From Lysobacterales bacterium (GTDB taxonomy: Bacteria > Pseudomonadota > Gammaproteobacteria > Xanthomonadales > SZUA-36), in the NCBI GenBank assembly GCA_013002505.1, contig JABDJL010000145.1, forward strand, positions 1 to 40,000: 40,000 nt of DNA, read 5' to 3'. The position numbers and the translations under genes were made by a program. The number at the start of each line of letters is the position of its first letter. Within the stretch, counting starts at the first letter, position 1. The notes under the pieces are model-generated. The model did no database searches, was not told where the DNA came from, and saw only the letters and a list, made by a program, of their open reading frames with translations. Below, piece after piece: positions 11,064 through 20,127 of this stretch.

Positions 11064-12500
11064 TCATGAAAGCAAGCTGTCGAGCATTCCCGGCGTCTCG
11101 ATATCGGCCGTTCCGGCATTTGGAAATACCGCTGTCGATGTACCCGGCTCGACCCATTCACAAGCCTCCGCCAGGATTTTCTCGGTCGAGGTTCTGCCAC
11201 TGATATCAGCACCCTGGGTTTGCAGCGGTATCCGACCATCGTCACTTGCCAGCGCTTCAGCGGCCGGAAACAGCTCGCCGTAAATGCCGCCCTGGACGGG
11301 TTTGCCCAGCATGATGCTGTAGGTACCGCGGCCATGGTCGGTGCCGAATGTGCCGTTGGCGGCGAGTTGGCGGCCAAAGTCGCTGGCAAAATACATCACC
11401 AGCTGGTCACTGACCGGCTGCGCGGCAAACGGAATGCCATCCAGTAATGGGAATGTCGTCGCGAGTCCGCCGGCCGCGCCAAATATATCGCTGATGTTTT
11501 CAGTGATTTCGACCGCCAGGTTATCGTGCGTATCCCAACCACCATAACTCATCGACATGACTCTTAAATCAAGCACGTCAGGTAGTTGGCACGCGTCAAA
11601 AAGGTTGCGGCATTGCTGGGCAAAACTACCGTTATTGAGTTCCAGGTTCAGCAATTCGTCCGGCAATGGCTGGCATTGCGCCAAGCGTTCATCGATCGCC
11701 AGCCCGAACTGCTGGATGGCGGACCGGTGCGATACAAATGTCTGGTAGGCCCAGCCAGGAGGCTTTTCATTGGCCAATTCAGGGCCACGGCCCTCGTACC
11801 ATGCGTTCAAAGCGCGGGCCAGCACATTGCGGCGGGAACCAGCGGCCGATTCTTCGTCCTGGCCGGCCAGCGCCATGCCACGCATATTTTCGGCGTGAAC
11901 GACCCGCGCCATGCGGTCACCCGGTTGGCTGCCCTTGCTGAATACCGACACGGACGAGCCCAGTTCGACGACGTTGCCCGAACCGGGAATGGCTTCGATC
12001 AAGCGGCCGCCCCAGCCCGCGCGATCGAAATTGAGCTGCGCAAGATCCGGTTCTCCGGCATCGGCATTCAGAATCGACTGGTCGTGCCTCCGGTTGCGCG
12101 AGCAGTAAGCATTGGCAATGACGGCCACCTGCCCTGCCTCGAACTGGCTGTGCAGCCAGGCCGCGCTGTTGTGTATGCCAAAAGGAAGCCCGGAAAGCGG
12201 GTCGCTGGCCAAAAGGTACTCTGAATCGAACATTTGCTGGTAGTCGCCATAGTCCGCGCTGTACAAACTGCTTCGTGCATTCCAGATGCCATCCAGGTAC
12301 AGGCTATCCGGATGCGACGGCGCAGGCATGAACAGGTATCGGAAATCCGCCCCGCCCTGCAGCATCACATTGATCAGCGTACGTGGCATGGCGCTGGCGA
12401 CACAGGATTCTGCCCGCAGCAGTCTTGGCATCACGCCGGCCATACCGGCCGCGCTTGATGCGAGAATCATCTGCTTTAAAAATGCCCGGCGTTCCATCAT
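11064..12500 (-). CDS. DUF1501 domain protein (Tat-exported, sulfatase/phosphatase-like fold)
   Basis: Twin-arginine signal MMERRAFLKQMILASSAAG, internal GGWDTHDN and GTDHGRG blocks characteristic of DUF1501. The start overlaps the stop of the DUF1800 gene (ATGA). Confidence 0.85.
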   Translation of the reverse strand: MMERRAFLKQMILASSAAGMAGVMPRLLRAESCVASAMPRTLINVMLQGGADFRYLFMPAPSHPDSLYLDGIWNARSSLYSADYGDYQQMFDSEYLLASDPLSGLPFGIHNSAAWLHSQFEAGQVAVIANAYCSRNRRHDQSILNADAGEPDLAQLNFDRAGWGGRLIEAIPGSGNVVELGSSVSVFSKGSQPGDRMARVVHAENMRGMALAGQDEESAAGSRRNVLARALNAWYEGRGPELANEKPPGWAYQTFVSHRSAIQQFGLAIDERLAQCQPLPDELLNLELNNGSFAQQCRNLFDACQLPDVLDLRVMSMSYGGWDTHDNLAVEITENISDIFGAAGGLATTFPLLDGIPFAAQPVSDQLVMYFASDFGRQLAANGTFGTDHGRGTYSIMLGKPVQGGIYGELFPAAEALASDDGRIPLQTQGADISGRTSTEKILAEACEWVEPGTSTAVFPNAGTADIETPGMLDSLLS

Positions 12501-14455
12501 TCACCTCCGCTTGCGAACGTATAAGGCAGGGCAGTGATGAAATTGACTGCCATACCAACTCGTTGGTTGCCTGAAAGCTTGCCCAGGCTCATATTCATGC
12601 TTCCCAGCGTGTCCACGAATGCAGCCAGCTCGCCGGAAGCCAGGTCCGCCGAGCTGTAAACCACGCCCGGATCCTGTTCATTGACGATGGCCCCGAAATC
12701 GAAACCGGTGGCCAGCAAAGCGTGGACCTGGGCTCGCGCCACGGCGTCATAATTTGTGCCACTGTCGCCAATAAAGTGGTTCCACAACCACTCGCCGACG
12801 GCCGACACGGTATGCCAGCCTCGCTTGTCCTTCGGTATCACCTGCGACCAGTCCTTGCTCCAGTACTGGATCGAATCAACTCCAGGCAGGCGGTAAGGTT
12901 CCAGCGTGTCGGCCAGAAAATCAGGGTTTGTGACGTTGACGTCCCACGCACTCTTGAACAGGAAGCGATCGTTGGCCGCGTCGTTACCAGTCTGCCCGCC
13001 GAATACGTCGCGAATCGGCGAAAACACCTGGGCGCCCTGTTCCGCCATGCGCACTCCGGGACCATTTCGGAAAAGCTCGGAATAAGCCTCCTCGGTGGTC
13101 AGCTGGTTGGCATTGTGTATCGCGATATTGCGGTCAAAAGCTGAGCGTAACTTGACCGCGTCGCCCTCCAGGAACTGGGTCGAAATGGCGTATGCGCGCA
13201 GGAATGCCAACATGTCGAACTGCGCATCCTGCCAGGCGGCCTGCAGGGCAGCAATCTCGGCCCCGTCAAGACGGTCATCACCGAAAAAACGGATCAGTTT
13301 GAGCGGTATGCTGGCCATGGATTCCGGGTGTGCCGCGGCAACCGGTCCCAGCGCCATCAGTTTTTGTTCTGCATTGGCGCCACATATCTGCTCATGCAGG
13401 ATTTCCAGGCAACTGGAAGGACTTCCGTCAACGCTGAAATGCGCCGACTGGTTGGGAATGAACCTTCCGGAGGCGTCGAAGTGATTGCTGAAATTGATCG
13501 GCGAAATGAGCCAGTCCGAGCGACGTTCGGAGCCCCAGGCGCCCGGTTGTAAATCCAGGATCATACCGGTCAGCAGCCAGGCATTGTGCTCAATGGTCAC
13601 ATCCTCGTGATAAGCCTCGTCTTCACTCGTGCCCTGAATTCCGAATAACAACTGGAAATATTCGCGTGCAAAATCATCATTGCCGTTGAATTCACCCTGC
13701 CGGTCGAAGTGATTGCCGACGTGGCCATAGGCCCGTGAAAGTGCGGCGTGCGAGGCGGCCAGGTTCATCAGGTCGACAAAATCCGCGCTTTGCGCCAACT
13801 GCTGCACGACATCGTCATAATAGGCCCTGATCAGGCTCGGGCCAGCGTTCTGCACGTGGATCGAGGCGTGGTAATTGGTGATGTACAGCGCCATCTTGTG
13901 CAGGAACATGTTGCAACCCGGCGTATGAACCAGCCTGCTCCAGGCGAGGTAAAGATTCAGCTGTGACACGACCGGGTTATTCCTGGCCAAAATTTGGTAA
14001 AAAGGCCGGTTGACCAGGCGCATGGGGTTGTCCGGGTGATCCGAACCCCAAAATTGCTGTATGTCGGTCAGGGAATCGCAGTATTGCGATGAAGGATCTT
14101 TGCCTGCTCTACCTGAGAGCCGCAGGTTGACCGGCTCGAAATTCAGAATCTGGACAATCGCCGCGTGCGGCGCCATGTTCGCCCAGGTTTCAATCTGGCG
14201 GTCCGTGGCCTGTCCACCCCACGCAAAGGTCTGCAGCACCAGGCGAACCTGTTGTTCGCCCCAATTCTTGCCATCAACCGTGGTCAATCCTTCGAGCGAT
14301 GGAAGCGCCACGTTTTCGATGGCGGAAATCGAAGTTGCCCCGGGCGACAGTGCAATACTGTAGTTGTGTTGTTGCGTGGCTTCTGCCTGGCAGACTGCGG
14401 AACCGAGGCTGCCCACCAAGAGCACCAGGGTCTTGAACGCTTTCAGATTCATCAT
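12497..14455 (-). CDS. DUF1800 family protein (partner of DUF1501)
   Basis: 652 aa with a signal peptide (LVLLVGSLGSAVCQAEA). Size and the obligate-looking pairing immediately upstream of DUF1501 fit DUF1800. Direct motif support by eye is weaker than for its partner. Confidence 0.7.
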   Translation of the reverse strand: MMNLKAFKTLVLLVGSLGSAVCQAEATQQHNYSIALSPGATSISAIENVALPSLEGLTTVDGKNWGEQQVRLVLQTFAWGGQATDRQIETWANMAPHAAIVQILNFEPVNLRLSGRAGKDPSSQYCDSLTDIQQFWGSDHPDNPMRLVNRPFYQILARNNPVVSQLNLYLAWSRLVHTPGCNMFLHKMALYITNYHASIHVQNAGPSLIRAYYDDVVQQLAQSADFVDLMNLAASHAALSRAYGHVGNHFDRQGEFNGNDDFAREYFQLLFGIQGTSEDEAYHEDVTIEHNAWLLTGMILDLQPGAWGSERRSDWLISPINFSNHFDASGRFIPNQSAHFSVDGSPSSCLEILHEQICGANAEQKLMALGPVAAAHPESMASIPLKLIRFFGDDRLDGAEIAALQAAWQDAQFDMLAFLRAYAISTQFLEGDAVKLRSAFDRNIAIHNANQLTTEEAYSELFRNGPGVRMAEQGAQVFSPIRDVFGGQTGNDAANDRFLFKSAWDVNVTNPDFLADTLEPYRLPGVDSIQYWSKDWSQVIPKDKRGWHTVSAVGEWLWNHFIGDSGTNYDAVARAQVHALLATGFDFGAIVNEQDPGVVYSSADLASGELAAFVDTLGSMNMSLGKLSGNQRVGMAVNFITALPYTFASGGE

Positions 14456-14568
14456 ACCTACCCGCCCTTCGCTGGATTGAATTTACACCAATTATTTAAG
14501 CGCAATCCGCCGTCAAGAGGGGTGTTGCGGATGTATAGAAGGGTAAAGAATGATTGAGTGCTTGCTCA

Positions 14569-15600
14569 TCACTGGCCGCTGAGCGCTTTCTGGCGGCGCT
14601 TCTGCCACAGCTTCTTGAATGGCACGAAGTACAGGCCAAGGCAGGATTTGAAATCCGCCTCTTCGCCGTTGCCGAGCCCGAATTTCACATCCTTGTTGGT
14701 TTTCGGCAGGCAGAACGTACCGAACACCAGGTCCCAAACCGGAAACATGAAGGCGAAATTCCGGTCAATGTGTTCAGGATGGCAACTGTGGTGGACCTGG
14801 TGGTGGGCCGGGCAGCCGAACACGTAAACCCATTTACCGGGCCAGCGGAGCCAGATATGTGAATGACGCAGGTTATAGGCAAGGAAGTTGAATGCAAAGG
14901 CGAGCACGCTGATGCCAATGATCTTGGGTGTCGTGAAAATTCCGCCAAACAGGAAATTCGACAAGCCGGCAACCACACCCGTGACCAGGCCAACGCCGAC
15001 CACGTAGAAAAAATTATCCACCGGGTGCTCCCGGTAGTTGGTCAGCGGATGCATGACCGTCGCCGAGTGATGAACTTTGTGAAAGGCCCACAGCCAAGAA
15101 ACCTTGTGTTGCAGGTAGTGAATGACAAAGGCCGTGAAGTCGATCACCACCAACAGGAACACCATGTAAATGATGCCGCCTAAAAAATAGTTTTCTGTGA
15201 AGAACAGCGGCGCACCCCCGGTATTGCTCAACAGGACCTCGGACGTGTGCGAGGTTGCCCAGTCAGTGGCCGCGATCCCCAGCGAACCAAACACGCTGAT
15301 CCAGAGAAAATTGTGGAAAAAGAAGTAACGCACGTCCAACCAGGCCGATGACGACTTCCAGACCTCGGCCGGAAACAGGAATCGCGTGAACCGACGTGGA
15401 AAATCGCTGGCACGAAGCGACTGGCCCGCGGCACTGCGCAAAAAAACGAACAGGGCAAAAATTAACGCGGACAGAAGGTAGAGCCCGTAAATTCTCTGCG
15501 TCGGTAAAACCGGGTAACGCAGCACACCCTCCAGTTGTGACCACAACTGGTCAATCAACGCCATCAAGCCACCGACCGGTCCGGATTCTTCGCTGCCCAC
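14569..15600 (-). CDS. Fatty acid hydroxylase / sterol desaturase superfamily membrane enzyme
   Basis: Three His boxes in membrane context: HYLQH, HKVHHS and HHQVHHS. The start could alternatively be ATG 15564 (MALIDQ...). Confidence 0.8.
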   Translation of the reverse strand: MGSEESGPVGGLMALIDQLWSQLEGVLRYPVLPTQRIYGLYLLSALIFALFVFLRSAAGQSLRASDFPRRFTRFLFPAEVWKSSSAWLDVRYFFFHNFLWISVFGSLGIAATDWATSHTSEVLLSNTGGAPLFFTENYFLGGIIYMVFLLVVIDFTAFVIHYLQHKVSWLWAFHKVHHSATVMHPLTNYREHPVDNFFYVVGVGLVTGVVAGLSNFLFGGIFTTPKIIGISVLAFAFNFLAYNLRHSHIWLRWPGKWVYVFGCPAHHQVHHSCHPEHIDRNFAFMFPVWDLVFGTFCLPKTNKDVKFGLGNGEEADFKSCLGLYFVPFKKLWQKRRQKALSGQ

Positions 15601-15690
15601 CAGGAACTATCCCTGCGCTGATCGTCGCGCCTGATTTACCTGTCCCGAATGTACACTGCCGCGGCGTGCCTGCCAAATCGAGACCGGTGG

Positions 15691-16356
15691 TTACTGGCCG
15701 CCCTGAGCGAGCCCTTGATAGCGGGCATAAAGCCCATTGTCGAATGCGTTCTTCCACATTTCGTAAACCAGCCGCTCTTCTTCATCACCATAATAGCTGG
15801 AGAAGTGGCGATGCCGGGTGCGGTTCTTGTGCGGCATCGGAATCTTCGGTGTGATGCCCACTTGATGCCTGAGAAAATCCGCCACGTCCTGCTGCAGGTT
15901 TTCGGTCCGCGCCACGGTGAGGTTTTCAGGCTTCTGGTGTCCGACCGTCAGGTAAGCGGTATAGGGGCCGTACAAGGCCGAAGCCCTGCCCCGCATCACT
16001 TGCCCTGGTGTGCGGGCAAACAGGTTTTTCAGGTATTCGAGGAAACTGTCCTCGAGGTCGGCAATCTTGTGCCCATGCTTCTGTTTCAGGAACAGGTATC
16101 CGGACAGCATCAGGTCGTAAGGATTGCGGATACAGGTGATCGCGGGAACCTTGAACGGGTCCAGCCCAAGCCGGTGAGCATACTGGAATGCGACCTGCAG
16201 ACCTTCGTGCATCAGGCGTTCTTTTTGCTTGCGATCCAGGCTCGCATCATCATGGGGATAAAAGCGCCCCCGGACCGCTTTCTGCAGGTAAGCCTGCACC
16301 GATGAACCACCCGTTTTCGGATAGTGAATGAATATCAGGGACGGGCTGATCAGCAT
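15691..16356 (-). CDS. Sulfotransferase family protein (Sulfotransfer_2-like)
   Basis: N-terminal 5'-PSB loop IFIHYPKTGGSSV and a later IRNPYDLMLSGY block (3'-PB-like). 221 aa. Confidence 0.7.
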   Translation of the reverse strand: MLISPSLIFIHYPKTGGSSVQAYLQKAVRGRFYPHDDASLDRKQKERLMHEGLQVAFQYAHRLGLDPFKVPAITCIRNPYDLMLSGYLFLKQKHGHKIADLEDSFLEYLKNLFARTPGQVMRGRASALYGPYTAYLTVGHQKPENLTVARTENLQQDVADFLRHQVGITPKIPMPHKNRTRHRHFSSYYGDEEERLVYEMWKNAFDNGLYARYQGLAQGGQ

Positions 16357-16445
16357 GTATTGAGCGCACTCGCTGGGTGATGGGGAACCGGGTGTCTATC
16401 TTAAACTGCATTCCAACAGGACCGTAAGCCCATGCGCGGCAGTCG

Positions 16446-17723
16446 TCAGGGGAGGTCTCGCGCCAGCCGGATACCCAGGAACTGCCAGCGTGCGCCAGGG
16501 TAGAAGAAACTCCGGTAACTCGCGCGCAGATGATCCCTGGAGCTGACGCATGATCCGCCCCGCACGGTCAACTGGTTGCACATGAATTTGCCATTGTATT
16601 CGCCCAGCGAACCTTCCAGCGGCTTGAAGCCCGGGTAGGCCGCATAGGCCGATGACGTCCACTCCCAGGTATCTCCAAAATACTGCCGGTTTCCTTGCTC
16701 CGCCGGCTTCGGGTGCCAATGCCCGGAATTTACGAAGTTGCCGTTCACCGCTTCGTGACGGGCGCTCGCTTCCCACTCAAACTCGGTGGGTAGCCTGGCG
16801 CCTGCCCACCGCGCAAACGCGTCTGCCTCGTAGTAACTGACATGCACCACCGGTGCGGCCGGATCCAGCTCGCGCCTGCCAGCCAGGGTAAATTCACTGT
16901 CCAGTGATTCAGACCAGTACAACGGCCGATCCCAGTCATTTTGCTGTATCAGCGCCCAACCGTCAGATAGCCAAAGCGCGCTGTCGCGGTATCCGCCGTC
17001 GCGAATGAAATCAAGGTATTCACTATTACTGACGAGGCGCGTTGAGAGCGCGTGCGGATGCAACAAGGCACCGTGTCGCGGCCGCTCATTATCGAAACAG
17101 AAGGCATCACCAACCGCACCCACTTGCTGAATCCCTGAGCGTCCCTCCCGGAACCCAAGCGTAGTCAAAACCCTGTCACTTGTACCACCGGAGGCGTCGC
17201 TCAAAGCCGGTTCAAGCGGATTGCGGGAAAATGCGTGCTTGATATCGGTCAGCAGCAGCTCCTGGTGCTGCTGTTCATGGTTGATGCCCAGCACCGCCAC
17301 GCCGGCAACTTGCTGACAATCATTGCCTTCAAGAAGGCGCGCAACGTGCTCGTCCACATAATCCCGGTATTCAAATACTTCGCTGAGCAACGGCCGGGTA
17401 AGCATGCCGCGCTTGGGCCTCGGATGCATATCACCGGCGGTGTAGTAATAGGAGTTGAACAGGTAATCAAAGCGCGGATTGAAGACGCGATAACCCTGCA
17501 GCTGCGGCTGTAGCAGAAATTTTTCAAAGAACCATGTCGTGTGCGCCAGGTGCCACTTGGCCGGGCTTGCATCCGGCATACTCTGGACCACGAAATCTTC
17601 CGCTTCGAGTCCGTCACACAGCTCAATGGTAAAGCGGCGGACGCTGCGGTAACGGTCGCCGGCACTTTCCGGATCGGGCCGTTGCCTGTTTTTCGGTTCT
17701 GCCTGTGTGCCCATGGTGCTCAT
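16446..17723 (-). CDS. egtB: Ergothioneine biosynthesis sulfoxide synthase EgtB (DinB-like + FGE-sulfatase domains)
   Basis: PAKWHLAHTTWFFEKF (DinB-type iron-binding region), then FGDTWEWTSSAYAAYPGFKP and GGSCVS (FGE-sulfatase-type C-terminal domain). ATGA overlap with egtD. Confidence 0.85.
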   Translation of the reverse strand: MSTMGTQAEPKNRQRPDPESAGDRYRSVRRFTIELCDGLEAEDFVVQSMPDASPAKWHLAHTTWFFEKFLLQPQLQGYRVFNPRFDYLFNSYYYTAGDMHPRPKRGMLTRPLLSEVFEYRDYVDEHVARLLEGNDCQQVAGVAVLGINHEQQHQELLLTDIKHAFSRNPLEPALSDASGGTSDRVLTTLGFREGRSGIQQVGAVGDAFCFDNERPRHGALLHPHALSTRLVSNSEYLDFIRDGGYRDSALWLSDGWALIQQNDWDRPLYWSESLDSEFTLAGRRELDPAAPVVHVSYYEADAFARWAGARLPTEFEWEASARHEAVNGNFVNSGHWHPKPAEQGNRQYFGDTWEWTSSAYAAYPGFKPLEGSLGEYNGKFMCNQLTVRGGSCVSSRDHLRASYRSFFYPGARWQFLGIRLARDLP

Positions 17724-18682
17724 CGCTGCGACAGCAGGTGAATACTGAACAGCTGTTGATCGTCTGTCCAGTGCTGCACCGGGTGCCAGCCCGCCTGGCG
17801 CGCCATGTCCCTGAAACCACCAAGCGTAAACTTGTGCGAACTCTCGGTATGGATTGTTTCGCCGGCCTTGAACTCGAACACAGGCCCACCGTTGATCCTT
17901 GCTTTTTGGTCCGCGAGGCTGACAAGGTGCATTTCAATGCGCCCCATGCCTTCATCAAAAAACGCCTGGTGTGCAAATGCGTCGAGATCGAAATCCCCAT
18001 CCAGTTCGCGGTTGATACGGGCCAGGATGTTCTTGTTGAACCGCTCGGTGACGCCTTCCGAATCGTTGTACGCCTGGTCAAGTACATGATGTGGCTTGAC
18101 CAGGTCAGCACCAACCAGCATACGGGCCTTGTCGCCGAGCAACGATCGCGCACGCGCCAGGAATTCAGTCGCACCCTGCGGGTTGAAGTTGCCGATGGTA
18201 GAGCCCGGAAAGTAACCCAGGCGGCTGGAAGGCACCTCGGAAGGCAAGGAGAGTTCCTGTCCAAAGTCAGCCAGCAACGGTACGACCCGAATTTCCGGAT
18301 AGGCCAGGTTAACGACGCTTCGCGTTGCCTCCAGAAGTTCGGCCGACACGTCCATCGGCACGTAGTTGGTGACCGTGGACAGCGCGCCCAGCAGTATCTC
18401 GCTGCGCCTGCCCGAACCGCTGCCGAACTCGACAACGGCACGTGTATCGAAGCATGCCTGCCCAATTTCCGGTGCAATCTGTTCCATCAGCCGGGTTTCT
18501 GTTCGCGTAATGTAATACTCGGGCAGGCGGGTAATGTGTTCGAACAGTTCGCTGCCCGTGGCATCGTAAAAGTACTTGGGGTCAAGTCGTTTGCGTGAAG
18601 CGCTGAGTCCCCTGATCACGTCTTCACGAAATCCGGTCAACGCTTCATTGTGGGCCTCGGCGGGGTTAGCACTGGTATTCAT
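17720..18682 (-). CDS. egtD: L-histidine N-alpha-methyltransferase EgtD
   Basis: The KYFYDATGSELFEHITRLPEYYITRTE, VEFGSGSG and GYFPGSTIGNF blocks are characteristic of EgtD (Methyltransf_33). Confidence 0.9.
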   Translation of the reverse strand: MNTSANPAEAHNEALTGFREDVIRGLSASRKRLDPKYFYDATGSELFEHITRLPEYYITRTETRLMEQIAPEIGQACFDTRAVVEFGSGSGRRSEILLGALSTVTNYVPMDVSAELLEATRSVVNLAYPEIRVVPLLADFGQELSLPSEVPSSRLGYFPGSTIGNFNPQGATEFLARARSLLGDKARMLVGADLVKPHHVLDQAYNDSEGVTERFNKNILARINRELDGDFDLDAFAHQAFFDEGMGRIEMHLVSLADQKARINGGPVFEFKAGETIHTESSHKFTLGGFRDMARQAGWHPVQHWTDDQQLFSIHLLSQR

Positions 18683-18837
18683 CGGATTTCAGTCCATCTT
18701 TGAGGGCGCCCGGAGAAGGACCGAGATTGGTGGCGCTTTGTTTCATCATCTCATCCACGGACCTATTGTAATGTTGCAGGCCCGGTTAATGCATGACGAG
18801 ACTCGATGCAGGCGGTTTTTTTCGTTTACCGGGTCGT

Positions 18838-18999
18838 TTACTGGTAACGAATCGCGTAGTAAATGACGTAAAACCAGGACAGCACCCCGTGCAGGATGGC
18901 CCACAGGATTGACTTGTTGGCCGTCCACGAGATCGCGATTGCCAGCGCGACACCAAAACCGATTCCGGCGCGGGTCGCACCGTGTTTATGCATTGCCAT
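18838..18999 (-). CDS. Small hydrophobic protein (53 aa, two predicted TM helices)
   Basis: Below the ORF-track size cut-off. My translation is MAMHKHGATRAGIGFGVALAIAISWTANKSILWAILHGVLSWFYVIYYAIRYQ*. A GGAGG SD lies 6 nt upstream of ATG 18999. Confidence 0.5.
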   Translation of the reverse strand: MAMHKHGATRAGIGFGVALAIAISWTANKSILWAILHGVLSWFYVIYYAIRYQ

Positions 19000-19081
19000 T
19001 GTTTGCCTCCAGTCCGTTCACCAGAGCAGGCCCGGAACCAGACCGGACCTACCCCGTTACTCATGAATCTAGTGCGTTACA

Positions 19082-19867
19082 TTAATCCAAGGGTGTTCTG
19101 ACTTCGCCCTTGACGCCTCTTGAACTGATGCCGCCACTGCCGTCCTTGAGCACCACGAAATCACCGCCGACACCGTTGGCCGATATGCTGCCCGAGGAAT
19201 CACGCTCGACAGTAAAATCGCCGGCCACGTCGGTGAAGCTGATTCCGCCGGAACTGTCCTTCTTAACCAGCACTGAGCCGCGAATGTCCTTGCCGGAAAT
19301 GCTCCCGGAACTGTCAGATTCGATGATCACATCACCATTGATTCGTGCGAAACGGACAGAACCCGAAGAGTCTCTTACCGACACGGTGCCGTTGCTGTCT
19401 TCGACGGCTATCGAACCGGAACTGTCAATGATGGTGGCTGCCCCGGCGCCATGCAGCTTCATGCTGCCGGAGCTGTCCTTGATGTCCAGCGCGAGGTTTT
19501 CCGGAACCACCAGTTCCAGGTCCACGCGCACGTAGCGGTTGCCGCCCCACAGCGACCAACCGCCGTCAAAGTCCGGTATTTCGACCTCGATCCGGGCGGT
19601 CTTGGCCTCGCGGGTTTCGACGCTCGATTCTTCGAGCCAGTCTTTTTCCGATGCGCAGACCCTGGCATGAATTTCAACCTCGGATCGATCACTCTCACCG
19701 TTGATGACCAGCGTGCCTGCGCGCGCGACGACCGCGAGCAACTCACTGCCCGAAACATCCAGGGTCGCCTCGATATCGCGGCTATATTCACAGTCTTCAC
19801 CCCAGTCTGCCTGGACTGGCATCGTCATTGCGGCCAGTAATGCTGTGCAAATCAGTTGATGCTTCAT
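19082..19867 (-). CDS. Exported DUF4097/toastrack-like beta-helix repeat protein (putative adhesin family)
   Basis: Signal peptide MKHQLICTALLAAMTMPVQA, followed in the C-terminal half by eight D(S/G)(S/N)G(S/G/T)(I/V/M) repeats. Confidence 0.7.
   Translation of the reverse strand: MKHQLICTALLAAMTMPVQADWGEDCEYSRDIEATLDVSGSELLAVVARAGTLVINGESDRSEVEIHARVCASEKDWLEESSVETREAKTARIEVEIPDFDGGWSLWGGNRYVRVDLELVVPENLALDIKDSSGSMKLHGAGAATIIDSSGSIAVEDSNGTVSVRDSSGSVRFARINGDVIIESDSSGSISGKDIRGSVLVKKDSSGGISFTDVAGDFTVERDSSGSISANGVGGDFVVLKDGSGGISSRGVKGEVRTPLD
19127..19477 (-). repeat. Intragenic tandem array of eight DSSGSI-type units
   Basis: The units DSSGSM, DSSGSI, DSNGTV, DSSGSV, DSSGSI, DSSGGI, DSSGSI and DGSGGI recur every ~10-22 aa. 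Confidence 0.7.
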
Positions 19868-19984
19868 TTCTGTCACTCCTTCAGTCAATCCACCTTGTAT
19901 AGACTATGCAAGAATAGGGCCAGTTACAAAATTCGCGTAGCAGGACGCCATAGGGACAGAGCCACTCGGCCGGCAATGCATCTG

Positions 19985-20027
19985 CTTGGCAAATTCTGCC
20001 AAGTTTTGGCCCATGTTACCGCCAAAA
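19985..20027. promoter_or_regulatory. Two adjacent inverted repeats sharing TTGGC/GCCAA half-sites (candidate regulator binding site)
   Basis: CTTGGCA-aattc-TGCCAAG (19985..20003) is immediately followed by TTTTGGC-n10-GCCAAAA (20004..20027). The site lies in the divergent intergenic region between 19867 (-) and 20128 (+). Confidence 0.35.
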
Positions 20028-20127
20028 CAGGTCAATTCAGCGGGGAATTGCTGACGCCAGACCCCAAATTGCATATGCTTGGCTCGCCCTGATAACAATA
20101 ATGCCAACGGCAGAACGGGAGTCATCA

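Noticed and set aside
15649-16305. 218-aa + strand ORF
   Set aside because: It is antisense to the sulfotransferase frame that carries the PKTGG PAPS-binding loop.
17623-18598. 284-aa (minus) and 297-aa (plus) ORFs overlapping egtD
   Set aside because: The egtD frame carries diagnostic EgtD motifs over its whole length. The overlapping frames are Arg/Ser/Cys-rich shadows.
19986-20002. Possible sigma54 promoter (TGGCA...TGC)
   Set aside because: The GG and GC elements are separated by 8 nt rather than the required 10 nt, and the sequence is better explained as a dyad (TTGGCA-N5-TGCCAA).
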